A stretch of 64,000 bases of DNA from Candidatus Daviesbacteria bacterium (GTDB lineage: Bacteria > Patescibacteriota > Microgenomatia > Daviesbacterales > UBA10151). The position numbers and the translations under genes are program-made. The stretch's first letter is position 1. Each line of letters begins with the position of its first letter. The notes beneath the pieces were generated by a model. It did no database searches. It was not told the origin of the DNA and saw nothing but the letters and a program-made list of their open reading frames with translations. Where the stretch lies: the NCBI GenBank assembly GCA_016187035.1, contig JACPKL010000010.1:94616-158615 (forward strand). Direction: 5' to 3'. Of this stretch, positions 39,132 to 48,331 are shown in pieces.

Positions 39132-39761
39132 AAATTCTGCTTGGGGTTTTTCTAAAAGGCCGGATTTTATTTTGAAATCTATATCTAAAATATTTTTATA
39201 AAGATTTATTATTTTTTCTAAATTAAAATTTTTTCTTTGTCTTTCCAATTTTTCCCTCATAAACGGTTTTGCCCCTTTGGGAGTAACTGCTAAATTCCTT
39301 AACAGATAAAAAACCATGGTAATAAAATATTGCATTTCAAACCCTGCATTTTTTAATTTTTCTATCTCTATAAAAGCTTTTTTGTCGGAAGTTGCCAAAT
39401 AATCTAAAAACGGAAAAACAGATACTTCTCTAGCTTCCGGGAAAAAGAGAATCTGTCCTTTACTGCTTTCAACCCATTTAATAACAGCTTTTTTCTGATT
39501 GACCTCATGGTCAAACCACATGATGAGTTGGTAGTTGGTAGTTGGTAGTTGGTAGTTGGTAAAATCTTCCGGAGGATTTTCTAAGATGATTAATCGGAGA
39601 TCTGAGAAAAGTAAAGGAGTGACTAGAGCGCCTAATATGGTTTGCAAATCAAATCCTTCTTCAAAAACTACTACATTATTTGTATCAAATCCTTGTTTTA
39701 AATCTATTAATTTTTTTCTTGAAGCAGTTTTAGCGGACCCGTGCAGCAGCAGTAGCTTCAT
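39099..39761 (-). CDS. holA: DNA polymerase III delta subunit-like (short HolA)
   Basis: LLLLHG, PLLFSDLRLIILEN, D.KIKSG C-terminus; near rpsT/lepA. Confidence 0.65.
   Translation of the reverse strand: MKLLLLHGSAKTASRKKLIDLKQGFDTNNVVVFEEGFDLQTILGALVTPLLFSDLRLIILENPPEDFTNYQLPTTNYQLIMWFDHEVNQKKAVIKWVESSKGQILFFPEAREVSVFPFLDYLATSDKKAFIEIEKLKNAGFEMQYFITMVFYLLRNLAVTPKGAKPFMREKLERQRKNFNLEKIINLYKNILDIDFKIKSGLLEKPQAEFLLVNLFCHQV
39526..39560. repeat. Perfect heptamer tandem (AGTTGGT)x5 inside holA
   Basis: Five exact copies; encodes TNYQLPTTNYQL. Confidence 0.95.
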
Positions 39762-40977
39762 ACTCAGTTATTTCTCCTGACAACACCTTTCTAACATATT
39801 CTTGGATAATAGAAAAGTCATCATCCTGAGAAATCAGCACATAAGCACCTCCGTAATCTGAGGAGAGTGGATGTACAAGCAGAGACTTCCTGTTATTTGG
39901 TAAATTCATCTTTGGGGAATCATCTAGTACAAAATTATAAGTTTTTTCCATTTTTTTGGATAATTTATAGAACTCAACAGCATCTTCGACAGAAATGTCT
40001 GTATCCACGCTTTTACCTAATGCTTTGATTAAATCAGCAATTTTTTGAGGGTTTGTTAAAGTTTCCAAAGATAAAATCTTATTTCTGACTGCCTCAATTA
40101 CCTGTTGTTGCCTGTTTGAGCGGGCAAAATCAGATCCTTGTCTATTCGTACCATGTCTTGAGCGAACATAAGATAAGGCTACTGCTCCTGACATTTTCAT
40201 CTTCCCCTTGTCAAAGCCAATATGTTCATATCTACAGCTAAAATACTTAATCCCTTTATCCTCCTCTGCTGAATCAGTGGCAATTCTTCCGTCAGCCAGT
40301 ATCAGCACTTGTCTTTTACCAGGTTCTATATTCAATTTCTTTGCCTCATCTTCATTAAAATCAATCTCCTTACTTTCATTGCCACAAAGATTATTTTCCT
40401 CACCCTGGATTGGATAAAGATAATCATCAAAAGGGGTTTCAACATCAATATCTATTCCGTCAATAGCATCTATAGCTTGCACAAATCCTCTAAAATCTAC
40501 TCTTAAACCATAATGTATGGGTATTCCTAAAATATTACCCATAATTGTTTTAGCCAATCCTAAACCATTATTTTGTAGTTTACCAATTTCATATACAGCA
40601 TTGGCCTTACTTCTTAATGAGGGTAGCCAAAGGTCCCTGGGTATAGAAAATAAATATACCTGGTTAGTTTTTAGATTATATGAGGCAACCATAATCGTAT
40701 CTGTCAGATTACTACCATCGTGTATTCCACCAGCTGTTCCAAGTAGCAATATATTTACTCTATTACTAGTTGATTTAAGGCTGCTTTGGGAAAAGATATA
40801 ATTCACAACAGAAGTTGAACCAGACAATGTTGTTAAAAAAATGGCCAATGAGATTAAAATAGCTATGACCAAACAAAGGGGTATTAATTTAGAGAAAACT
40901 TGTTTTACCCTTCTGACTTTTAAAGGATTGTCTTTTCCGCTTTTGCCAAGCCTTAGAGGTTTTAATTTCTTCACCAA
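39730..40977 (-). CDS. LytR-CpsA-Psr (LCP) family protein
   Basis: NILLLG, TDTIMV, SIPRDLW, YVRSRH, SDFARSNRQQQV. Confidence 0.93.
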   Translation of the reverse strand: MVKKLKPLRLGKSGKDNPLKVRRVKQVFSKLIPLCLVIAILISLAIFLTTLSGSTSVVNYIFSQSSLKSTSNRVNILLLGTAGGIHDGSNLTDTIMVASYNLKTNQVYLFSIPRDLWLPSLRSKANAVYEIGKLQNNGLGLAKTIMGNILGIPIHYGLRVDFRGFVQAIDAIDGIDIDVETPFDDYLYPIQGEENNLCGNESKEIDFNEDEAKKLNIEPGKRQVLILADGRIATDSAEEDKGIKYFSCRYEHIGFDKGKMKMSGAVALSYVRSRHGTNRQGSDFARSNRQQQVIEAVRNKILSLETLTNPQKIADLIKALGKSVDTDISVEDAVEFYKLSKKMEKTYNFVLDDSPKMNLPNNRKSLLVHPLSSDYGGAYVLISQDDDFSIIQEYVRKVLSGEITEYEATAAARVR

Positions 40978-40986
40978 AAGTATCTC

Positions 40987-41685
40987 CTACATCAGGTTAC
41001 ATATTCTAACAAATTCCTCGGGATTAAGCGAAGCATTTCCTACTAGTACTCCACCAATATCGCCTTGTGTAATAAAACCTTTAACATTTTGTGAGTTTAC
41101 GCTTCCGCCATATATTACCTCCAAATTATTGCCATATTTTTGTCTTATAGCTTTGGCTACTTTATTTGCATCTTCGGGTGTGTCTGCTTTACCAACCCCT
41201 GGAGTATTAACCAAACCTGTACTAATTGCCCAGATTGGTTCATAAGCTACCATATTGCAATTTTGAGGGATTGGGGTTTCTTCACTCTGTATACATACTA
41301 ATGGAGTAATGTTATTTTCCAAAGCTTGTTTAAATTTTTTCTCAACCATATCATCTGTCTCTGCAAAATTTTTTCTCCTTTCGGAATGACCCAAAATAGC
41401 CAGATCAACAAATTGTTTAATTAAAGAAGCTGATTCTTCCCCTGTATATGCCCCTTGTTCAAATGGGGATAAGTCTTGTGAACCCAGCATAATAGGATAA
41501 GCACCAACAGTAATAGCTTTTTTTAACTCAGATAAAACACTAAAGGCAGGACAAACCACTATTTTCAAATTATCTTTTTTGGGAATTTGTGGTCCCACTA
41601 TAGACACCCAGTCTAAAGCTTCACTAATAGTTTTATTACTTTTCCAATTAGCAATAATCCAAATATCTTTATCCAAACCAGCCAT
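40987..41685 (-). CDS. tpiA: Triosephosphate isomerase
   Basis: ANWK, GAYTGE, GHSERR, AYEPIWAI, YGGSV. Confidence 0.96.
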   Translation of the reverse strand: MAGLDKDIWIIANWKSNKTISEALDWVSIVGPQIPKKDNLKIVVCPAFSVLSELKKAITVGAYPIMLGSQDLSPFEQGAYTGEESASLIKQFVDLAILGHSERRKNFAETDDMVEKKFKQALENNITPLVCIQSEETPIPQNCNMVAYEPIWAISTGLVNTPGVGKADTPEDANKVAKAIRQKYGNNLEVIYGGSVNSQNVKGFITQGDIGGVLVGNASLNPEEFVRICNLM

Positions 41686-41980
41686 ACTTTTGTAAGTCTA
41701 TCATGAAATCCTTTGATACTGCTATCCCTTCCTGCTGAAGAAGAGCTTTTTGCAAAGCTTGAGGATGTTCCAGACATTTGGTGGAAATAAACCCATGACG
41801 GTTAACCACCCTATGCCATGGAGCCTCATCAATATCAAAATGTAAAATCCCACCAACCAATCTGGCACCCCTTGGAAGTCCTGCCAGGGCAGCTACAGTT
41901 CCGTAAGTAGTAACTTTACCATAGGGAATTTTCTTAACAATTTCAATCACTTTATCTCCGAAGGAGAGAGCTTGTCTCAT
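41669..41980 (-). CDS. Alkyltransferase-like protein (ATL/MGMT DNA-binding domain)
   Basis: IPYGKVTTYG, PWHRVVN (Trp in place of the catalytic Cys). Confidence 0.88.
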   Translation of the reverse strand: MRQALSFGDKVIEIVKKIPYGKVTTYGTVAALAGLPRGARLVGGILHFDIDEAPWHRVVNRHGFISTKCLEHPQALQKALLQQEGIAVSKDFMIDLQKYGWFG

Positions 41981-41989
41981 CTTTGAAAT

Positions 41990-42253
41990 TCAACTTTGCA
42001 GCAATTTTAAAAGCTCAGCTTTTGATGTGACACCAATCTTTCTACCTATTTCTTTCCCGTCTTTAAGCACAATAAAGGTGGGAATACTCATTACACCATT
42101 TTTGGATGCTTCTTCGGGTTTTTCATCTACATTGATTTTAACAACCTCAACTTTACCAGCCAGTTCCTTCTCTAACTCTTCAATAATAGGAGCCATAGTC
42201 TTGCATGGAAAACACCAGCCTGCCCAAAAGTCCAGAAGTTTAACAGCTGCCAT
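41990..42253 (-). CDS. Thioredoxin
   Basis: DFWAGWCFPCK, SIPT. Confidence 0.9.
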   Translation of the reverse strand: MAAVKLLDFWAGWCFPCKTMAPIIEELEKELAGKVEVVKINVDEKPEEASKNGVMSIPTFIVLKDGKEIGRKIGVTSKAELLKLLQS

Positions 42254-42296
42254 ATAATTTTATCTTACCAAACATACCTCAAAATTGTCTATATAG

Positions 42297-42995
42297 TCAG
42301 TTATGTTCAATAAAAGCTTTATAGCCTGTGAGTTGTTTTTGATCTGCTTTGCCCTGGTAAATATTTTTAGTACCAAAAGTTAAAAATAGATCATCTTTGG
42401 CATAAGTAATGGTGATCCCTTCAGGATCAACAGAATTTAAGGTTTCTTTAAAACCTCTATCTTTAAACTCTCCAAGATAATAGTTAATAAAATCCTGGGG
42501 AAAAGCAGAAATTTGAGCAGATTCTAAATATACTCCCTCCTGCTCTATCTTTCTTTTGCCTGAGGTAAAGATTAACACTCTCTTTTGTGTTGTTTGCCAA
42601 TCTAAACTTGGGTATAACCGGGGCAGTTCAGAAGAAGAAGGAGAACTGATAGGATCAGGAGGATTAGAGGGAATAGGAGGAGTAATTTGAGGAGAAGAAT
42701 CCAGGGAAGTAATCTCAGATGCTTCAATAACAAATTTCTCCTTGGTTAAATTACCTTTAACCAAAACCAAACCATTAGATAAAGATTTAAAATTAACAGA
42801 GGTATTGGACTTAGGCCTTAAGGTATACAACTCAGAATTAGGCAAAGTTAATATGAAGCCACTTGGCGTCCTTTGCAAGTCACCTTGATAAACAACCTCT
42901 CTGTGTAGTACCGGACTGGAATTTGGAAAGAAGAATTTTGCAATAGCTAAACCAGTGCCTGTAAAAACGCTGGCGAAAGAGGTGGTAATTAACAT
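42297..42995 (-). CDS. Hypothetical secreted protein with Pro/Ser linker
   Basis: Long ORF with an N-terminal hydrophobic stretch; start uncertain. Confidence 0.6.
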   Translation of the reverse strand: MLITTSFASVFTGTGLAIAKFFFPNSSPVLHREVVYQGDLQRTPSGFILTLPNSELYTLRPKSNTSVNFKSLSNGLVLVKGNLTKEKFVIEASEITSLDSSPQITPPIPSNPPDPISSPSSSELPRLYPSLDWQTTQKRVLIFTSGKRKIEQEGVYLESAQISAFPQDFINYYLGEFKDRGFKETLNSVDPEGITITYAKDDLFLTFGTKNIYQGKADQKQLTGYKAFIEHN

Positions 42996-43097
42996 TGCTG
43001 TTAAAGGCTTAATGGTAAGCCCAAAGCTTTTGATGTATCACAAGTAAAGTATAGAAAACCAATTGATGAGCAACTAGTCACCAAATTAATTTATTAT

Positions 43098-43760
43098 TTG
43101 CAAAACTATTACCGGCATTTATCCAAACATGGTGCTCACAAAATCATGATAGGAATTGATGGAGAAATAAACTCTCTGGTAGCAGCTAAATTATTAAAAC
43201 AAGCCTTAGAGGAAAACGTTGTAGCTTTGGTTTTTGATTTTGGAGGGGTACAAACAAATGACTTAGTAAACTTCTGTAGACAGCTGGGGCTTGAAACTTA
43301 TATTTTACAGCGAGGGCAAGCTTATCAATCTGAAGTTTCTGCCTACCGTCTTCATAAACCGTCTGGCCTTAGCAGTTTTTATAAGCGCTTTATTAATTAT
43401 CATTTACTTATCCAGGCAGATCATATGAAAACTGTATTAGTTGATACTTTTGATAAAAGCGACAGATTATTAGGTATGAAACCTGAAGGCTTTTATGGCC
43501 ACTTGATGCCATTTTACTCTTTATATAAATCAGAAATATGCGAGTTGGCTAAATTTTTGGGCATTCCTGCTGTACCTACCAATTATCAGGGCTTACCCTG
43601 GGATAAGATTGACCCGGTATTATATTTACTGACTGAGAAACAACTTAAGATAGAGGATATTTCTAAAGAACACAATATAGATCTACACTGGTTAAGAAGT
43701 TTAAAGATTCATGTTAATAAACAACTTTTCCAGACAACCATCAGCCAGTTTATAATTTAG
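43098..43760 (+). CDS. Degenerate NH3-dependent NAD synthetase-like protein
   Basis: GIDGEINSLVA (SGGxDS-like, degenerate), PFYSLYKSEI.ELAKFLGIP, G..W..ID. Confidence 0.6.
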   Translation: MQNYYRHLSKHGAHKIMIGIDGEINSLVAAKLLKQALEENVVALVFDFGGVQTNDLVNFCRQLGLETYILQRGQAYQSEVSAYRLHKPSGLSSFYKRFINYHLLIQADHMKTVLVDTFDKSDRLLGMKPEGFYGHLMPFYSLYKSEICELAKFLGIPAVPTNYQGLPWDKIDPVLYLLTEKQLKIEDISKEHNIDLHWLRSLKIHVNKQLFQTTISQFII

Positions 43761-43785
43761 CACAGGCTTTTTAGCGCTATTTCTA

Positions 43786-43822
43786 TTGACAGGAAAGTAT
43801 TACTATGCTAGTATAGCAATAC
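43786..43822 (+). promoter_or_regulatory. Sigma70 promoter with overlapping inverted repeat (probable AbrB operator)
   Basis: TTGACA-17bp-TAGTAT; IR GTATTACTATGC-TA-GTATAGCAATAC. Confidence 0.65.
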
Positions 43823-43859
43823 TATGCAAGTAGGTATTACTCATGGAAGAAACATTACT

Positions 43860-44120
43860 ATGAGAGAATTGGAAACCACCCTGACGCAGAAGGGTCAAGT
43901 GACAATCCCCGTGGAGATCCGTTCCCGCCTGGGCCTGAAACCGAAAGATAAGGTGCGGTTTGAAGTGGAGGGGGATGAAGTCAAGATCAAGCCCGCGCCC
44001 TCGCGCATTGCCCGCCACTTTGGGGCGGTGGCTGTATCTGGAAAGTCGCTGGATTGGCGAGTCGAGCGGAAGGCGTTTGAGGAAGGCGTGGCCGAGGAGG
44101 TAGTGGCCGAGGATCGGTGA
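43860..44120 (+). CDS. AbrB/MazE/SpoVT-family antitoxin (VapB)
   Basis: TLTQKGQVTIPVEIRSRLGLKPKDKVRF; GC-rich. Confidence 0.9.
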   Translation: MRELETTLTQKGQVTIPVEIRSRLGLKPKDKVRFEVEGDEVKIKPAPSRIARHFGAVAVSGKSLDWRVERKAFEEGVAEEVVAEDR

Positions 44121-44542
44121 TGTCTATGCCACGCTTCCTGGACACCAATATCCTGCTGCGCTACTTCACAGGCAGTGGTAGCGAGAAGGCCCTGGCAGCC
44201 AAAGTACTGCTTGAGCGCATAGAACAGAGCGAGGAGAAGGTAGTCATCTCCGTACTGGTGGTGTTTGAGACAATTTTCACCCTACAGCGCACCTACAAGG
44301 TGCCCAAGGTCAAGATCCGCGAGATGGTCGGCGATGTGATCGCCCTGCGCGGTGTCCAACTCACGGGCAAACGGCTATGCTTGCAAGCCTTGGATCTCTA
44401 TGTGGGAAAAAACATCTCCTTCGCCGACGCCTACAACGTCATCTACATGCAGTCGCAGCAGTTCTCGGAGATCTACAGCTGGGATACCGACTTTGACAGG
44501 ATCGAGGGCATTACTCGCATTGAGCCAGCCCAGGATATGTAA
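44117..44542 (+). CDS. PIN-domain toxin (VapC)
   Basis: FLDTNILLR, E, SFADAY, SWDTDF. Confidence 0.92.
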   Translation: MMSMPRFLDTNILLRYFTGSGSEKALAAKVLLERIEQSEEKVVISVLVVFETIFTLQRTYKVPKVKIREMVGDVIALRGVQLTGKRLCLQALDLYVGKNISFADAYNVIYMQSQQFSEIYSWDTDFDRIEGITRIEPAQDM

Positions 44543-44647
44543 GATTTCAATGTTGAAATACCGTATTTTTCAATCCTCTAGCCTTAAAACATTGAAAAAC
44601 TACCTAAACTTTGACTGAAATCTTACAGTATATGTTAATATAGGCAG

Positions 44648-46651
44648 ATGCCCACTTCGCAAAAGCTCAGTGTAAACTTTCTTGATGACTTAAATTCCAT
44701 TCAACAAAAAGCGGTTAAAACAACTGAGGGACCGGTATTAATTTTGGCCGGGGCTGGCTCCGGCAAAACCAGGGTGTTAACTTACCGCGTAGCTTATTTG
44801 ATTGCTGAGAAAAAGATTCCTCCTGAAAATATCCTTTGCCTGACCTTCACAAATAAAGCTGCTGGAGAAATGATGGATCGTATTTTAAAACTTTTGGACC
44901 ACCAGCTACCAGCTACTAACTACCAACTACCTATTATGGGCACTTTTCATTCTTTTTGTGCCAAAATCCTAAGACGTGATGGCAAAGCCTTAGGATTGCC
45001 TCCTGGCTTTACCGTATATGATGAATCCGATGCATTAGATGCTATAAAAGAAGCTATGGGTAATTTGAATATTCCGACCCAAAAAACTTCTCCTTTTTCA
45101 GTAAGACACACTATTTCTTCAGCTAAAAATGAATTAATTTCTGCACTTGAATACCCACAATATGCCAGAGGGTATTTCCAGGAAACTGTAGCTAAAATTT
45201 ATTTAGAATATCAGAAGATTTTAGAGAAAAATAAAGCCCTGGATTTTGATGACCTGCTGCTGACAACTATTAAGCTGTTTCAAACAGAACCAGCTATATT
45301 GACCCGCTATCAAATTCAATTCCGTTATATCTTAATAGATGAATACCAGGATACCAACCCTGCTCAATATCTGATTTCAAAATATTTAGCAAACAGGCAT
45401 AAAAATATTTGTGTAGTCGGGGATGCTTCACAATCTGTGTATTCTTTCAGAGGAGCAGATTTCAGAAACATTGTTAATTTTCAAAAAGACTACCCAAACG
45501 CTAAAGTTTTTAACCTGGAGCAAAATTACCGCTCTACCCAAAATATCCTGGATGCAGCCCATGCTGTAATTTCTAAAAATAAATTACATCCTATTTTGAA
45601 ACTTTGGACAAATAAAAATGGGGGAGAAAAAATTGAAATAGTGGAGGTAAGAAATGAAATTGAGGAAGCTCTATTTATCTTGTCCACCATAGATCACCTC
45701 CGAGGTGTAAGCGCATTTTTTCACCTCGGAGGTGTAGCCGTGCTTTATAGAACTAATGCCCAATCCCGTGCTTTAGAAGAACAATTTTTAAAATCTGGTA
45801 TCCCTTATAAATTAGTTGGTGGAGTAAGCTTTTACGAGAGAAGAGAGATTAAAGATATTTTATCCTACCTTAGGTTACTGCAAAATCCTAAGGACTCTGT
45901 ATCTTTAAAAAGAGCAGAAAAAATTGGCAAAGGAAGACTGGGAAAAGTTTTAGGATTCTCAGCGTCATTGCGGGGAATCGGACCGAGCGAAGCCAAGTCA
46001 GACTTGGTTTCGCCAAGTCTGACTTGGCGAAGCGAGGGAGATCGCTTGCAAAATGCGAAGCATTTTGACAAGGGCTCGAGTGAAACGAGCGGCCCTTCAG
46101 GCCTCGGAATGACCACAATCGAGCTATTAGATCAACTTCTAGCAAAAACAGGCTATTTGGCTTATTTGGATGATGGAACAGATGAAGGAGGGGGCAGGGT
46201 GGAAAATGTTAAAGAACTTAGGTCGGTAGCAGAAGAGTTTCCTAGTTTAGTCCAATTTTTAGAGAACGTGGCTTTGGTGGAAAATGGTTTTCTGCCTTCT
46301 TCTGAAAAAAATATTCAGCAAGACGTAGTAACTTTAATGACCCTGCATTCTGCTAAAGGCTTGGAGTTTCCGACAGTTTTTATGGTAGGAATGGAGGAAG
46401 GACTATTCCCCCATTCACGCTCTATGCTAAATCCTCAGGAACTTGAAGAGGAAAGAAGGCTTTGTTATGTGGGCATCACCAGGGCAAAAGAAAAATTATA
46501 TTTAACTTACAGCAGGCAAAGATTATATTTTGGCACCAGATCTAATAATTTAGTTTCCCGCTTTTTATCTGATATTCCCCAAGACTTAATTTCCTCTAAC
46601 ACAAACTTCAAAAACCAAGATCAAGATAATGAAGATTGGTTAAACACATGA
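44648..46651 (+). CDS. pcrA: ATP-dependent DNA helicase PcrA/UvrD with three repeat-derived insertions
   Basis: AGAGSGKT, DEYQDTN, VGDASQS, EQNYRS, TLHSAKGLEF, EERRLCYVGITRA. Confidence 0.96.
   Translation: MPTSQKLSVNFLDDLNSIQQKAVKTTEGPVLILAGAGSGKTRVLTYRVAYLIAEKKIPPENILCLTFTNKAAGEMMDRILKLLDHQLPATNYQLPIMGTFHSFCAKILRRDGKALGLPPGFTVYDESDALDAIKEAMGNLNIPTQKTSPFSVRHTISSAKNELISALEYPQYARGYFQETVAKIYLEYQKILEKNKALDFDDLLLTTIKLFQTEPAILTRYQIQFRYILIDEYQDTNPAQYLISKYLANRHKNICVVGDASQSVYSFRGADFRNIVNFQKDYPNAKVFNLEQNYRSTQNILDAAHAVISKNKLHPILKLWTNKNGGEKIEIVEVRNEIEEALFILSTIDHLRGVSAFFHLGGVAVLYRTNAQSRALEEQFLKSGIPYKLVGGVSFYERREIKDILSYLRLLQNPKDSVSLKRAEKIGKGRLGKVLGFSASLRGIGPSEAKSDLVSPSLTWRSEGDRLQNAKHFDKGSSETSGPSGLGMTTIELLDQLLAKTGYLAYLDDGTDEGGGRVENVKELRSVAEEFPSLVQFLENVALVENGFLPSSEKNIQQDVVTLMTLHSAKGLEFPTVFMVGMEEGLFPHSRSMLNPQELEEERRLCYVGITRAKEKLYLTYSRQRLYFGTRSNNLVSRFLSDIPQDLISSNTNFKNQDQDNEDWLNT
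44901..44931 (+). repeat. In-frame heptamer tract in pcrA (HQLPATNYQLP)
   Basis: ACCAGCT ACCAGCT ACTAACT ACCAACT ACC. Confidence 0.8.
45695..45734. repeat. In-frame 13-bp perfect inverted repeat in pcrA (HLRGVSAFFHLGG)
   Basis: CACCTCCGAGGTG-14bp-CACCTCGGAGGTG. Confidence 0.8.
45964..46113. mobile_element. 150-bp GTCATT..AATGAC composite palindromic element inserted in frame in pcrA
   Basis: Terminal IR GTCATT/AATGAC; internal perfect stem GCCAAGTCAGACTTGG-TTTCG-CCAAGTCTGACTTGGC and further hairpins; GC-rich. Confidence 0.85.
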
Positions 46652-47346
46652 TAGAACGTTACTTAGGAATTTTACTAATTATTTTATTGACAGTTCTTGC
46701 AAAAAATTTCTGGCAGCCTTCTGCTGTTTTAGGACAATCTACCTCCTTACCTGCTCAAACCCTGCCTGTTAACCAACCAATTACTACTGAGTCTAGTTTT
46801 ACTGAAAAACTCGAGGAAGAAACCCAAAATTTACCTAAAAAAACAATTTTTGAAGATGATCCTGACATGGAAGCCGGTGAAGAAAAAGTATTGGAGGAAG
46901 GTGAAGATGGACAAAGAGTGACAGTATTTAAAATTACATACTCAAATGATGGAGAAGAATACCAAAGAGATGTTGTTTCAACTACAAACACCCAGCCTAA
47001 AAATAAAAAGGTATTAAGAGGAACTAAAATTGTCTGGAAAACTCTTAATATCCCTGAGGGAGAGATTAAATATTGGAAGAAAATGAGAGTGTATGCTACC
47101 CATTACGATTGGCGTTGCCCAGGATGTAATGAATGGACAGCCATAGGAATGAGAGCAGGTAAGGGGGTAGTTGCAGTTGACCCAAAAGTGATCCCTTTAA
47201 GAAGTAAGGTTTATATTCCAGGATACGGGATTGCCATAGCAGGTGATACTGGCGGAGCTATCAAAGACAACAAAATTGACTTAGGTTTTGATGATGCAAA
47301 AACTGCCGGCTGGAAGGCGCACTTTATTGATATTTACCTGCTGTAA
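46636..47346 (+). CDS. G5 + 3D domain cell-wall protein
   Basis: G5 (EGEDG..V, GTK), 3D (VAVDPKVIPL, AGDTGGAIK.NKID). Confidence 0.9.
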   Translation: MVKHMIERYLGILLIILLTVLAKNFWQPSAVLGQSTSLPAQTLPVNQPITTESSFTEKLEEETQNLPKKTIFEDDPDMEAGEEKVLEEGEDGQRVTVFKITYSNDGEEYQRDVVSTTNTQPKNKKVLRGTKIVWKTLNIPEGEIKYWKKMRVYATHYDWRCPGCNEWTAIGMRAGKGVVAVDPKVIPLRSKVYIPGYGIAIAGDTGGAIKDNKIDLGFDDAKTAGWKAHFIDIYLL

Positions 47347-47358
47347 TTGCGCCTGGAA

Positions 47359-47379
47359 GCACTGAGTTTACCGAAGTGC
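47359..47379. repeat. Intergenic CTGAG..CGAAG-family hairpin
   Basis: GCACTGAGTTTACCGAAGTGC. Confidence 0.55.
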
Positions 47380-47382
47380 TGG

Positions 47383-47406
47383 TCAGCCAGATTTGTGGAT
47401 ATATAT
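47383..47406 (+). repeat. 24-bp direct repeat, copy 1
   Basis: TCAGCCAGATTTGTGGATATATAT, identical to 48332-48355. Confidence 0.9.
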
Positions 47407-47410
47407 CTTA

Positions 47411-47854
47411 TTAATTAATTTTTATACATTTTCCAAAGCAATCATGGCAACCTGGCTTGATATCGCATCTATACCCATCTAAGCACTTTAATCCTACAAA
47501 ACCACCGCATTTGATATTTTCACAACTATCTACCTTCTTCCAACCTTCTGGCACATCACACGGAGTACCAAATTCTTTACACTCGCCTGTCTTGGGATTT
47601 TTAGCAGGGGTAATAACTTGAGCACAAATTTGATCTACAGAAGAAGGACTTGGAATTGGTGTAGGTTTGATATTCACATCCAAAAATTTTTGCCCTAAGG
47701 AAAACCCAAGCGGTTGAGTAAAAAACCATCCACCTGGACAATCCACAGTAAGGGTGAAACATGGTTTCCGGGGAATATAATAGGGCAAAGGTAAAACCAA
47801 AATTCCAATAACAATTAAAAAAATAATTCTAAGTGGCGTGATCCATTTTCGCAT
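47411..47854 (-). CDS. Cys-rich secreted/membrane protein
   Basis: TM, CAQVITPAKNPKTGECKEFGTPCDVP.GW, CGGFVGLKC..GYRC. Confidence 0.75.
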   Translation of the reverse strand: MRKWITPLRIIFLIVIGILVLPLPYYIPRKPCFTLTVDCPGGWFFTQPLGFSLGQKFLDVNIKPTPIPSPSSVDQICAQVITPAKNPKTGECKEFGTPCDVPEGWKKVDSCENIKCGGFVGLKCLDGYRCDIKPGCHDCFGKCIKIN

Positions 47855-47890
47855 AGGTTAAGTTTAACATAGAGATGGTATAATTATTCA

Positions 47891-48106
47891 ATGAGACGAA
47901 TTCATTCTGTTACCTGGAAAGAAGATAAGTGGTATGTGGCTAAAGCTCTTGAGTTAGAGATAGCTAGCCAGGGAAAAACCCAGAAAGAAGCTCTTGATAA
48001 TTTAAAAGAAGCATTAGAATTATATTTTGAAGATCAATCTAAAGTAGAACTATCACCTGTTAGTAAACCTAAACTTCAAGATTTATCCATCCAGGTTAAT
48101 GCCTAA
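47891..48106 (+). CDS. hicB: HicB-family antitoxin
   Basis: WKED.WYVA, SQGKT.KEALDNLKEALELY. Confidence 0.88.
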   Translation: MRRIHSVTWKEDKWYVAKALELEIASQGKTQKEALDNLKEALELYFEDQSKVELSPVSKPKLQDLSIQVNA

Positions 48107-48323
48107 ACTATATTCTGCCAGAGTCATCATTCATGCTTTACAAAGAGCAAATTTTGAGGTTATTAGTCAGAAAGGCAGTCATATTAAACTGCATAAAAAA
48201 GAGGGAGAAAAATCTTCTACAGTGATCGTTCCTAATCACAAAGAAATAGCCATCGGGACTTTTAACAGTATCTTAAAACAAGCAGGAATAACACGAAAAG
48301 TGCTTGAAGAATTTATTAGATGA
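48099..48323 (+). CDS. hicA: HicA-family toxin
   Basis: GSHIKL, VP.H.EI..GTF.SILKQAGI. Confidence 0.9.
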   Translation: MPKLYSARVIIHALQRANFEVISQKGSHIKLHKKEGEKSSTVIVPNHKEIAIGTFNSILKQAGITRKVLEEFIR

Positions 48324-48331
48324 TGAACTGA

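Noticed and set aside
45964-46113. Intein, self-splicing intron or tRNA inside pcrA (likewise femX, sbcD, pepP)
   Set aside because: Too short; no intein C/S...HN termini, no group I/II core, no cloverleaf with T-loop; the termini match the GTCAT repeat family.
47393-47402. DnaA box / replication origin (TGTGGATAT)
   Set aside because: Single mismatched box per repeat, no cluster and no dnaA nearby.
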